Source of the DNA: a virus
Lineage: Duplodnaviria; Caudoviricetes
Direction: 5' to 3' (one strand)
IMG/VR virus record: IMGVR_UViG_3300035208_007487
DNA length: 64,000 nucleotides
Made by a program: the position numbers and the translations under genes. Positions 48,449 to 58,068 of the stretch are shown here, in pieces. Within the stretch, counting starts at the first letter, position 1. Each line of letters opens with the position of its first letter. The notes under the pieces are model-generated. The model worked only from the letters and a program-made list of their open reading frames with translations. It searched no databases and was not told where the DNA came from.

Positions 48449-49366
48449 TTGCGAAATGCTGAAGAAATAATCAAGGATTTAGGCGAACTCTCTCCGATTG
48501 AATGGAATTCGGCTTTAGCTAAAGAATATGATTTAAGTGAAGAAGAATTTATAAAAATAGTATCTGCATATAATTATACAGTATTGTCTGAGGATAATAT
48601 TCATCATAAAATGAAACCTGTCTATGCTATTATTTCTGAAAAATTAACAAATAAACCTATTGAAGATAATAAATCAATTAAAGATATTATTAAAATTTCA
48701 TTTGTAGTTAGAGATATTGGCGGTATTTTATTTGAATTAGGGGATGTATTAGATCAAATGATTTTCTGCGGATTTGTTATGCGTGAAAGTCAAATGAGTG
48801 CATTAATTATTAAAAATTGTATTTTCAATAATTGCACAATGGTTGGTACTAATTTTCAATCAACTAGATTCATTCAATGTAAATTTATTGATTGTGATTT
48901 TTCTGGAGCCGATTTTAGCTCAAGTTTATTTATAAAATGCCAATTTTTTGAAAATAATTTTAGAAACGCCACCTGCAATGATTTGAAAATATACGATGGT
49001 GCATTTTATAATTGTGAATTATTTGAGAGTGATTTTGATGGCTCGTCTGTTGTTAATACCTTAATACATGGCACTAGTTTTGTCAATGGATCATTTAAAA
49101 ATATTGATTTTTTGAGTACTGTTATTACTTATTGCGATTTTAAAAATTCATCATTAAAAAATTCATCATTTCTAGATTGTAATTTAATTTCAATTGATTT
49201 ACGTGATTCTACTTTGAATGGATTAGCATTAGTTGGAACATATAAAAGTGCATTATTAGTAGATGCAATGTATTCTGATTTATTTGAGGGATCTAGTGAT
49301 GATTCTGAAAACTCGGATAGTTCATTTGATGATGGAGATGAGGATAGTAGTTATGCAGATGATTGA
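48449..49366 (+). CDS. Pentapeptide-repeat protein
   Basis: Long run of xxFxx pentapeptides (NCIFN NCTMV GTNFQ STRFI QCKFI DCDFS GADFS) and an acidic tail. Confidence 0.88.
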   Translation: MRNAEEIIKDLGELSPIEWNSALAKEYDLSEEEFIKIVSAYNYTVLSEDNIHHKMKPVYAIISEKLTNKPIEDNKSIKDIIKISFVVRDIGGILFELGDVLDQMIFCGFVMRESQMSALIIKNCIFNNCTMVGTNFQSTRFIQCKFIDCDFSGADFSSSLFIKCQFFENNFRNATCNDLKIYDGAFYNCELFESDFDGSSVVNTLIHGTSFVNGSFKNIDFLSTVITYCDFKNSSLKNSSFLDCNLISIDLRDSTLNGLALVGTYKSALLVDAMYSDLFEGSSDDSENSDSSFDDGDEDSSYADD

Positions 49367-49853
49367 TCATAATGAAGCAATGTCATTTGAATATGACCCT
49401 GATAGAATATTATTAGATTCTGGAGAAATGTATTCAGATTATATTAATAAAATAAAGAATACTTATAATTTCAGGTATTACATGCCATCAGTTATTGCTG
49501 TTAAAGGTATAAATTATGATATTGATAGATTTATCATTATATCAAATATTGTTAGATTAAAATATGCAGCATTACTGGAACTATTCATTGAAGATGAAAC
49601 TCCTGAAATTTTTTGTATAATTTTTGAAAAATATTTAGACGCATTAGCTTGCAATAAAACTGATGTAATTTTTAGAGATGGATTGGGCAATTCAATTTTT
49701 CATTATGATGCGGCTCAAGCTACTCATAGAAAAAATGCATATGAAGTAATAGAATCAGCTTTTAATAGTAACCATATTACTAAAATATCTATATTAAACG
49801 ACATTAACACTAAAGGCATTACTGTATTAGATGTAATTAATTCAAATATTTGA
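49359..49853 (+). CDS. Hypothetical protein
   Basis: Likely start MIDHNE overlapping the previous stop. Confidence 0.55.
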   Translation: MIDHNEAMSFEYDPDRILLDSGEMYSDYINKIKNTYNFRYYMPSVIAVKGINYDIDRFIIISNIVRLKYAALLELFIEDETPEIFCIIFEKYLDALACNKTDVIFRDGLGNSIFHYDAAQATHRKNAYEVIESAFNSNHITKISILNDINTKGITVLDVINSNI

Positions 49854-49866
49854 TATAATTAATTTA

Positions 49867-50748
49867 ATGAACGACGAATTAGACATTAATGAAAGTTTAA
49901 ATGAAGAAGATAATGTAATTGAGGATATCTTATCAGAGATAGATTTAATATGCCCTAAGCGAAAAGCCCCCAAAATAGCTAAAAAAGTTAAACGTGAATA
50001 TGTAAATCCAGTTGAATTACGTGAAGAAATATTGAAGCATATCTTTAATAAAAAGATAAATGAAGATTATGTTATGGATAAGAAATTAGCTGTAATGTGC
50101 ATGAAAATTATTGATGAATTATTTGAAAAAGGGAATTTTAGAGGGTATCATAGTGGTTGGAAATATGAAATGAAATCCAAGGCATATGAGAACTTAATTA
50201 GATACATACATCAATATGATAGTGAATTCGTAGAAAAACCTGACTTTTTTATTAATTGGATTTATAGAGTACACACTCAATTTATTATTGATTTTTTTGT
50301 ATCTAAAGATTTAAGTTTTGATGCATTTAAGGATACATTAATTGATGTTAAAAAAAGATTCATAAAAAAAGCTAAAGATCCTAACAAAATAATCAAAGAT
50401 ACCTATAAAAAAGTTACTGCATCTGATTTTTCAGCATTTTTATCATCTAAAGGATTGGATTATGATGTAGATAAATTTAAATCATATCTATTTGAAATGC
50501 ATCCAGATTTACAAGAACAGTTTGAAGAATATAAATTAAGAAACGCTTTTAATTATGTTACTATGATGGTTTATAGATCAGCTCAACATGTAATTAAAAA
50601 TGAAAAAAAGAATAAAGAAGATAATCAAAGACTAGATGAAGCTATATTATATAGAACAGATGATTTTGATGAAGATGCAATTGAACAAGATAATAGATAT
50701 ATAACTTTTGATGAGAATAAATTAGATTATGGTGGATTTGAAATCTAA
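49867..50748 (+). CDS. Late-transcription sigma factor (T4 gp55-like) with internal insertion
   Basis: YVN..EL, NFRGY..WKYEM, NAFNYVT..IKNEKK. Confidence 0.8.
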   Translation: MNDELDINESLNEEDNVIEDILSEIDLICPKRKAPKIAKKVKREYVNPVELREEILKHIFNKKINEDYVMDKKLAVMCMKIIDELFEKGNFRGYHSGWKYEMKSKAYENLIRYIHQYDSEFVEKPDFFINWIYRVHTQFIIDFFVSKDLSFDAFKDTLIDVKKRFIKKAKDPNKIIKDTYKKVTASDFSAFLSSKGLDYDVDKFKSYLFEMHPDLQEQFEEYKLRNAFNYVTMMVYRSAQHVIKNEKKNKEDNQRLDEAILYRTDDFDEDAIEQDNRYITFDENKLDYGGFEI

Positions 50749-51400
50749 TAGTATTGTATATATTAATTTAGATAATGTTATGCTAAATTTTTATAAGTCA
50801 TTTAGAGTAAAGCATTATTTTCAAATACTCATAATGAAAAAGCATCCATTAGATTTTAACATATATACATACTACAATAAGCCTAACATTAAAAAAATAG
50901 TAGATGAACTTGTTTTAGATAATGGTATTGATTTTTGGATTAATTTACCAAAGACTTCAGTGTGTAAATTTTATTGGCATAGATTATCTGAATATACTAA
51001 TAGAATTTATTTCTTAACTAATTATAGAACAGAATCCGAGCAAAAAGGTAAAATAATTTGGGTTAATACTAATCTTAAAATGTATGATAACAATAAGATT
51101 ATATTTACCAATAATATTCCAAAATATGCTAAATCAAAATTATTTAATAATATTTTAATTGATAGTAATAGTAAAATGATTGATAGTTGGAATAATGCAG
51201 GTGGTATTGGGTTATTAGATTTAAATAAAAGAGCGGTTGCTAGTTATTATATAGATAAATCAATAGTTCCTCATTTAGAATTATACAAGGGAGTTAGTTT
51301 ATTGGCGGATATCCCTCAATCAGCTAGAAGATTGCATAGAATTAGTAAATATAACGAAGATATTAGGTCAGTGTCTCTAGATGATTGTAATATGATTTAA
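50729..51400 (+). CDS. HAD-like 5'(3')-deoxyribonucleotidase homologue, degenerate
   Basis: YINLDNV..F, FW.NLP, K..WV, ILIDS..W..AGG.G. Confidence 0.65.
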   Translation: MVDLKSNSIVYINLDNVMLNFYKSFRVKHYFQILIMKKHPLDFNIYTYYNKPNIKKIVDELVLDNGIDFWINLPKTSVCKFYWHRLSEYTNRIYFLTNYRTESEQKGKIIWVNTNLKMYDNNKIIFTNNIPKYAKSKLFNNILIDSNSKMIDSWNNAGGIGLLDLNKRAVASYYIDKSIVPHLELYKGVSLLADIPQSARRLHRISKYNEDIRSVSLDDCNMI

Positions 51401-51416
51401 TTGTTAAAATTAAACT

Positions 51417-52496
51417 ATGGGAAATAAAATAGCCATAGTTGGCGATCCTCATATTGGGAAAAAATCAATTGAACAAGTTAAAAAAGATAAATTATTATTT
51501 TCTCAAGAAATCTTTTTTAATAATTTTTATAATTTCTGCATTGAAAATGATATAAATGAAATAATTTGGACAGGCGACATTTTTGACACTAATCAAGCAA
51601 TTGATTCATTTATATTACAATATGTAGTTGAATTATTTAAAATAAAATTTGGTGAGATGAGACATTATGTTATATTAGGAAATCATTGCCTTTATAACAA
51701 AGACAGCTTAAAAGTATCAGCATTATCTTGTATAGAGCATTTGCCAAATGTTAATGTATATAGAAAACCTACTAAAGTTAATCTATTAGGACATAATTTC
51801 TTATTTGTACCATATTTAGTTAGTTCAATTTATTCAAAGTTTGCAGATAATATTAAAAAACTTGGTTCACTTAATGAAATAATAGTAGGTCATTTTAATA
51901 TTATAGGGGCAAAAATGGAAAACGGCTTTCCTAGTCAATTTGGACTTAATATGAATGACCTATTAAATAATGTTAAATTAGTTATTAGCGGGCATTATCA
52001 TAATGTATCTCAATATATTAGAGGGCCGAATAAAATACAATATGTAGGTAGTCCATATCAATTAACTTTTGGGGATAGTAGACAAAATAGAGGTCATTGG
52101 ACTTTAGATGATAATCTTAATTTAGAATTTTTTGAAAATAAATCTAGTTATACTTTTTTAAAGATACAATCTGAGGAAATAGATAATTATAGTAATCTAA
52201 GTGATTCTTTTGTAATATGTGAATATCCTGCTTCTATATCAGAAGAGGATTTATTTACTTTGAATAAAAAAATAGAAAAACTTAATCCTATCTCGTACAA
52301 AGCTGAACCTAGAAATTTAGAGAATATTGAAGAATTAGCTTCTGAAAATGATGATAAAACAATTAGTGAAATGAGCGATGCCATAAACGTAGGTGATATT
52401 GTAAAAGTTTGCGAAGTATATATGAATGTTGAGCCTCCACCTGATAAAGCGGCGGTTATTAAAATAATTAATGATATAAAAGATAAAATAAAATAA
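51417..52496 (+). CDS. Recombination nuclease gp47 (Mre11/SbcD-like)
   Basis: GDPHIG, GDIFD, GNH, SGHYH, YVGSPYQLTFGD. Confidence 0.92.
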   Translation: MGNKIAIVGDPHIGKKSIEQVKKDKLLFSQEIFFNNFYNFCIENDINEIIWTGDIFDTNQAIDSFILQYVVELFKIKFGEMRHYVILGNHCLYNKDSLKVSALSCIEHLPNVNVYRKPTKVNLLGHNFLFVPYLVSSIYSKFADNIKKLGSLNEIIVGHFNIIGAKMENGFPSQFGLNMNDLLNNVKLVISGHYHNVSQYIRGPNKIQYVGSPYQLTFGDSRQNRGHWTLDDNLNLEFFENKSSYTFLKIQSEEIDNYSNLSDSFVICEYPASISEEDLFTLNKKIEKLNPISYKAEPRNLENIEELASENDDKTISEMSDAINVGDIVKVCEVYMNVEPPPDKAAVIKIINDIKDKIK

Positions 52497-52513
52497 TGTT
52501 ATAATTTCTTTAT

Positions 52514-53929
52514 ATGGCTAAGAATAAAAATAAAAAAAGAAAATTCAATGGTGGATATGGGCGAGGTCAGAATCCAATGGCTGAAGTTCTGCGATTGAAT
52601 AATATGTTAGCAAAAATTGATGTAAATAAAAATGTAGATGAGGCTATTAAAAAAGTTAATCAAGTTAATAATAAAATAGTTGAAAACAATACAGTTCAAG
52701 TTGCTAATCAATTATTAGAAAATAGAACTATAATTAAAGATTTTACTGAGGGAGATTATTCTATATCTAGATATGTAGAAAAAGATAAGGTGCAAGTGGT
52801 TGATAAGCCGTTAGTAGTCGGATATTTAAGGGATTATTCGGGGTGCGGTCATTTTAGAATGGTATATCCTATGAATATGATCAATACTAAATTTGCATAT
52901 TCTGGTAAAATTAATTGCACATTATTTCCAGTTACTCTAACTCAAGAAGATATATTGCCGCATGTTAGATCTTTTGTTTTTCAAAGACCTATTGGAGATG
53001 ATCAAACTTTTAAAATAAGAGCTTATAAAAAATTTCAAGAACAATATCAATATAAATTAATAGGCGAATTAGATGATTATGTCTTTGATTTACCTGAGTA
53101 TCATCCAGGTTATGAAAACAATATAATACGAAATGTTAGAAGTTTACTAGTTAATTTAAGATTAATGGATGAAATAATTGTTTCAACTAATAATCTTAAA
53201 AAAGAATTAATTGAGCTAGGTATTGATACAAAAATAACAGTTATTGAAAATACATTACCAAAGTATCTATATCAAACTGATGTTAAAAGATTTAAATTCA
53301 GTGATATTATTAAACCAAAAATAGCTTTTACAGGATCGAATTTCCACTATAACAATAGTAAGCAATTAGATGGTGATTTTAGTGGAGCTATTAAAGAGTT
53401 CATAATTAAAAATGTTGATAATTTTGAATTTGTATTTTTTGGAGATGCCCCTTATTTCCTCAAAAAAGAAGTAAATGAAGGTAAAATAATAATTGTTCCT
53501 TATACTAACACTGTCGAATATTCTACTAATCTTAAGAAATATAGAATAGATTTTGTAATAGCCCCTTTAGTTGAAAATTTATTTAATTCTTGTAAATCTG
53601 ATTTAAGATACTTAGAAGCAAGTGCAATGGGATCAGTGTTTATTGGATATAAATTCTTAAATGGATTAACTAGTCCTTATCAAAACAATAGATTAACTTT
53701 GGATGAAAATTCTACAGTTGAAGATGTTGAAAATATAATTAAGAAATATTCTACTAAAGATTCATTTAATGATGAAATTTCATCACAATATAATGAGTTA
53801 GATGATAGATGGCTAGAAAATACTGCAAACTTGCTAAAGTATATTGAAGTATATTCATCAGGAATAAAAGGTTTAATAATAGAGCAAGATCATCCTCAAT
53901 ATGAGGAATTTAAACCCTTTATACGATAG
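52514..53929 (+). CDS. GT-B glycosyltransferase
   Basis: DYSGCGHFRM..P, ELDD, VST..L, APL..N.FN.CKSDLRYLEA. Confidence 0.75.
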   Translation: MAKNKNKKRKFNGGYGRGQNPMAEVLRLNNMLAKIDVNKNVDEAIKKVNQVNNKIVENNTVQVANQLLENRTIIKDFTEGDYSISRYVEKDKVQVVDKPLVVGYLRDYSGCGHFRMVYPMNMINTKFAYSGKINCTLFPVTLTQEDILPHVRSFVFQRPIGDDQTFKIRAYKKFQEQYQYKLIGELDDYVFDLPEYHPGYENNIIRNVRSLLVNLRLMDEIIVSTNNLKKELIELGIDTKITVIENTLPKYLYQTDVKRFKFSDIIKPKIAFTGSNFHYNNSKQLDGDFSGAIKEFIIKNVDNFEFVFFGDAPYFLKKEVNEGKIIIVPYTNTVEYSTNLKKYRIDFVIAPLVENLFNSCKSDLRYLEASAMGSVFIGYKFLNGLTSPYQNNRLTLDENSTVEDVENIIKKYSTKDSFNDEISSQYNELDDRWLENTANLLKYIEVYSSGIKGLIIEQDHPQYEEFKPFIR

Positions 53930-53943
53930 AATTGTTAAAATTT

Positions 53944-53978
53944 CTTAACAGCCCATAGGATAAATATAGGCTGTTAAG
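53944..53978 (+). promoter_or_regulatory. Hairpin abutting the SD of the DNA polymerase gene
   Basis: cttaacagcc..ggctgttaag 10-bp stem with GATAAATA in the loop, followed by GGGG and ATG. Confidence 0.6.
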
Positions 53979-53985
53979 GGGGATT

Positions 53986-56900
53986 ATGTTTAAGAATATC
54001 TATGTAGATAAGTATAAAAATACTTTTAAAATTTGGAATACTGAAGATAAAGTTATTGAAAGTAAATTTCAATGCCGTTCTTGGGTAGAAAATCCTGGCA
54101 TAGATAGTCCATATAAAACGATATATGGTGTTCCGGTTATGCCGGTATTTAAGAACTATAAAGATGAATATCTAGATAGAACAGACGGCAATCTTAGGCA
54201 TGAAATAGATATTCAGCCTGAAATTAGAATATTAAGTGAATATTATGAGAAAGAAAAAGATTTAGATTTCGATATTAGTGATTTTAATATAATGTCATTT
54301 GATATTGAAACTGAAATTGGTTGCGGATTCCCTGAGCCATCTGAAGCCAAAATGAAAGTGAATCTTATTAGCTGCTATTGCACAAAGCAGCAAAAATATA
54401 TGATTTTTGGATTGCATCCAATAGATGATCAAAGATTTCATAGTTTAATTATTGAAAAAAATAAAATATATCAAGAGCAATTTCCTGATATTAATATTAC
54501 TGATAATTATACATATGTTTGCGCATATGAGGATGAAACTAGACTTTTAAATGATTTTTTTAAGTATGTAGAAAAAGCTCATCCTGACATCTATACAGGT
54601 TGGAACTGTATTGCCAAAAACTCAAGTCTATGGCTGCAAGATAGAATAATTGAAATTAAAGATTCATCATCTGGAGATAATACTTTCATTGATGGCAATA
54701 TTATCAAAACAGCTAATACTGGTTTTAAAAAAGCTTATAAAATAGAAACAGTAAATGGCTATTCAATCACTTCATCAGGTGAACATATATTTCCAATCAA
54801 ATATATTAAGGAAGGAAAATATTGCAATAATGTATCTAAATCTTTATTAAATAAGGACTGTAAAGTATCTGAATTAATTGATTTATCTAAAGAAAATAGA
54901 TTATTTTTAAAAGTAGATATTAGAAATAATACTAATAAAAAATATACATATAGGGATTTGTTAATATATGCACTAATATCTGGTCGAAATAGTAAATTAG
55001 ATATATTAATACCTGAACCTATATATACTAAGAATAGGAAAAAATTAAATGCTAATTATTCGTATAATAAAGCTAAACAATATCCTTTTAAATTTTCAGT
55101 AAATAATTGCAGAAAATTAGTAAATATTAGCGACTCTGAATTAATAGATTCTATTAATTCAATTGATGAAGCTGTGGTATTAATAGATAAAAGTAATGCT
55201 ACTATTAATTTAAATGAAATAATTCCTGATGATATTTTTAAGTTAATGGGATTAATATATACTGATGGTAGCTATTGCAGCAAGCATAAAGAATTTAGTT
55301 TTTATAATACTGATGAGCAGATATTAGATTGGGTGCTCAATTGTTTGCATTCAAATAAATTATCAAACACTAATTCATTAAGTAATGGTCATTTTTGCAA
55401 AAGAATACGTTGCACTAATTCTGCTAAAAATAATTTAATAAAAACATTAATATATAATGAAGACAAAAAAGATATTGATTTAAGTAATTTATCTAGAATA
55501 GCCTATTCTCAATTTTGCGCAATGTTTTCTGGATTAATTGACGGAGATGGATGGATTTCTAAAAAGAATTCAGCTATCGGATTTTGTAATTATAATAATA
55601 ATGACATTAATAAAATAGCTGAATTGCTACAATGGAATGGTGTATTATGCGGAGTTCATAAAAATAAAATACATATATCAAATAAATCTGTTAATACAAA
55701 GTTTATAAATTCTTTATCGTTAGTTGGTAAAAAAAGAGATTTAATAAGTAATATTAATCTAGTTGACAATAAGAATACTAAATCAAAATTATTAGATTAT
55801 ATTTTTTACGAAAATTATTACTATGTTAAGATTGATTCAATAACAGCAGTTGATTCAGTTGAAATGGTTGATATAGAAACTGAATCGCATTATTTTAATA
55901 CCAATTATGGAATTAAAACTCATAATTGTAACGCTTTTGACTTGCCATATTTGGTAAATAGAGCTAAAAATCTAGGAATGTATGAATATTTACTATTATC
56001 TCCAGTAAAAAAAGTATATTTAAGAAAATCCCGTAATGAAGAATATAATACTGAGGAATTGATTCCAGTAATTAGTGGAGTTTCTTGTATTGACTATTTA
56101 ACATTATATAAGCATTTCAATAAAGGTAGCCAAAAAGAAAGTTGGAAACTTGATTTTATTGCTAATGAAGAATTAGATGGATTAGGTAAAGTTAAATTAG
56201 GTGATACTGGATTAAATCTTGCTAAAAAAGATTGGACTGCTTTTTCTTTATATAACTTAGTAGATACGGTATTAATTACACTATTAGAACCTAGACTTCA
56301 AATGATCGAAACTCTTATAGGGACATGTTCAGAGGCTAGAATTCCCCTTGAATTCTTCTTCACTCCTAAAAAAGTGACGTTAGGATTTATGCTAACATAT
56401 ATGCACAGAAAAGGGTTGGTAATTCCATTTACTAAACCTGCGGTAAAAGAAAAATATGAGGGTGCCTATATTAAGATGAATCCAGGACCCTATAGGAATG
56501 TGTCATCATTAGATGCGAAATCAATGTATCCATCTATAATGATATCTTGTAATATTTCACCTGAAACTAAAGTAATATCTGATAAACCAATACCTGGATA
56601 TAGTAGATCAATTATTCCAAATATTTATTACAATAATGAAAAAAGAGGCATTATTCCTGAAATTGTTGCTTATATGGTTGATACTAGAGATGAATATAAA
56701 AAGCAACAAAAAATATATTCAAATCCAGAAAGACCTGAATATAATAAAACAAAGGCATCTTATTTTAAACGTAAACAGAATGCTTATAAAATATTTGCTA
56801 ACTCAATATATGGACTATTGGGTAATAATAACTTCCAATTCTATGATTTGGATAATGCGGCAACCATTACTGGAATAGGTAATAGGTTAATTCAATATGT

Positions 56901-58029
56901 AATTACTTATTTGAACGTATGGATTGACAATAAACTCGGAACCAATAAAGATTACTTTAATGAATTTGGCGAATTTGCAAATGTAAAAATAAAAGGTGAA
57001 TTAAGTGATACCTATATTAATTCAATACAAGATAATGAGCAAAAAGCTGGGCTGGGTAAATACACTAGATTGGCATTAGCGCATACTGATTCATTCTTCT
57101 TTGATTATAGTGATTTATATGAACCTTTTGAAAATAAAACTAGATCATATGAAGAATATGCAGCAATAAAAGAAAGGTTTAGTAATAAAAATAGCCCGTC
57201 ATTCAACATTCCATTAAAAAAATATTTTGAAGATATGCATGATGAACAATTGGAAAAGATGACTTTTACTGAATTCATGCTTAGATTTAATTATTGTATT
57301 TTTCAAAAAATAATAAACAAGATTACTCAAAGATGGTGCGAAACTTACTCTTATAGAGAAGATCGTATGTATTTCAAATTAGAAAAATGTTGTTCAAATG
57401 TTGTGGCATTAAGCAAAGCTCACTATATATGCTATCTGCAATATGATGAAGGTGATTTATTAATCAGACAGCCTTTTAAAAAGAGATTAAAAGCAGTTGG
57501 AGTTGAGATGATTAAGGCTGATACTCCCTCTTGGTCAAAAGCTAAAATTCTAGAAACTCTAGAGTTTACATTTACTAAAAACAATAAGCAAGAAGTTTCC
57601 AAATTTATAGGAATGCTAAAGAAAGAATATAAAGATCCCGCTAATATATCTAAAATATCTAGGCCGGTTTCGATAAATAGTTTAGGTCCAACCAAAGCCA
57701 ATAGTTTTCCAGCTCCTAGATTAGGGGCAATAAAGTGGAATGCAATTTTATCAGAAGATACTAATTTTTCAAATTATGAGCAAATAAGTGAGGGGACAAA
57801 GGTAAAATGGATTGCAGTAAAGTTGCCAAATAAATTCAATATTCAAGCTATTAGCTACAATAGCGATACTTGGCCTGTTGAATTAAATAGATACTTTAGA
57901 ATTGATTATGAAACACAATTTTACAAAACATTTAGACGCCCATTAGAGAAAATTATGGAATGTTATGGATGGGGCAATGTTTTTGATGGAAACGTAGATT
58001 CAATAAGAAGGTTCTTCGCACCAAAATAA
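53986..58029 (+). CDS. Family B DNA polymerase (T4 gp43-like), intein-containing
   Basis: ExoI FDIET, ExoII TGWN/FD, DAKSMYPS, K..ANS.YG, HTDS. Confidence 0.95.
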   Translation: MFKNIYVDKYKNTFKIWNTEDKVIESKFQCRSWVENPGIDSPYKTIYGVPVMPVFKNYKDEYLDRTDGNLRHEIDIQPEIRILSEYYEKEKDLDFDISDFNIMSFDIETEIGCGFPEPSEAKMKVNLISCYCTKQQKYMIFGLHPIDDQRFHSLIIEKNKIYQEQFPDINITDNYTYVCAYEDETRLLNDFFKYVEKAHPDIYTGWNCIAKNSSLWLQDRIIEIKDSSSGDNTFIDGNIIKTANTGFKKAYKIETVNGYSITSSGEHIFPIKYIKEGKYCNNVSKSLLNKDCKVSELIDLSKENRLFLKVDIRNNTNKKYTYRDLLIYALISGRNSKLDILIPEPIYTKNRKKLNANYSYNKAKQYPFKFSVNNCRKLVNISDSELIDSINSIDEAVVLIDKSNATINLNEIIPDDIFKLMGLIYTDGSYCSKHKEFSFYNTDEQILDWVLNCLHSNKLSNTNSLSNGHFCKRIRCTNSAKNNLIKTLIYNEDKKDIDLSNLSRIAYSQFCAMFSGLIDGDGWISKKNSAIGFCNYNNNDINKIAELLQWNGVLCGVHKNKIHISNKSVNTKFINSLSLVGKKRDLISNINLVDNKNTKSKLLDYIFYENYYYVKIDSITAVDSVEMVDIETESHYFNTNYGIKTHNCNAFDLPYLVNRAKNLGMYEYLLLSPVKKVYLRKSRNEEYNTEELIPVISGVSCIDYLTLYKHFNKGSQKESWKLDFIANEELDGLGKVKLGDTGLNLAKKDWTAFSLYNLVDTVLITLLEPRLQMIETLIGTCSEARIPLEFFFTPKKVTLGFMLTYMHRKGLVIPFTKPAVKEKYEGAYIKMNPGPYRNVSSLDAKSMYPSIMISCNISPETKVISDKPIPGYSRSIIPNIYYNNEKRGIIPEIVAYMVDTRDEYKKQQKIYSNPERPEYNKTKASYFKRKQNAYKIFANSIYGLLGNNNFQFYDLDNAATITGIGNRLIQYVITYLNVWIDNKLGTNKDYFNEFGEFANVKIKGELSDTYINSIQDNEQKAGLGKYTRLALAHTDSFFFDYSDLYEPFENKTRSYEEYAAIKERFSNKNSPSFNIPLKKYFEDMHDEQLEKMTFTEFMLRFNYCIFQKIINKITQRWCETYSYREDRMYFKLEKCCSNVVALSKAHYICYLQYDEGDLLIRQPFKKRLKAVGVEMIKADTPSWSKAKILETLEFTFTKNNKQEVSKFIGMLKKEYKDPANISKISRPVSINSLGPTKANSFPAPRLGAIKWNAILSEDTNFSNYEQISEGTKVKWIAVKLPNKFNIQAISYNSDTWPVELNRYFRIDYETQFYKTFRRPLEKIMECYGWGNVFDGNVDSIRRFFAPK
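54607..55926 (+). mobile_element. Intein (440 aa) with LAGLIDADG homing endonuclease in the polymerase ExoII motif
   Basis: GWN|CIAKNS..SGEH..GLIYTDG..GLIDGDG..VDIET..THN|CNAFD. Confidence 0.93.
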
Positions 58030-58068
58030 TAAATCATTACTTTGCTCATATTTTGATATAATTAAGAT

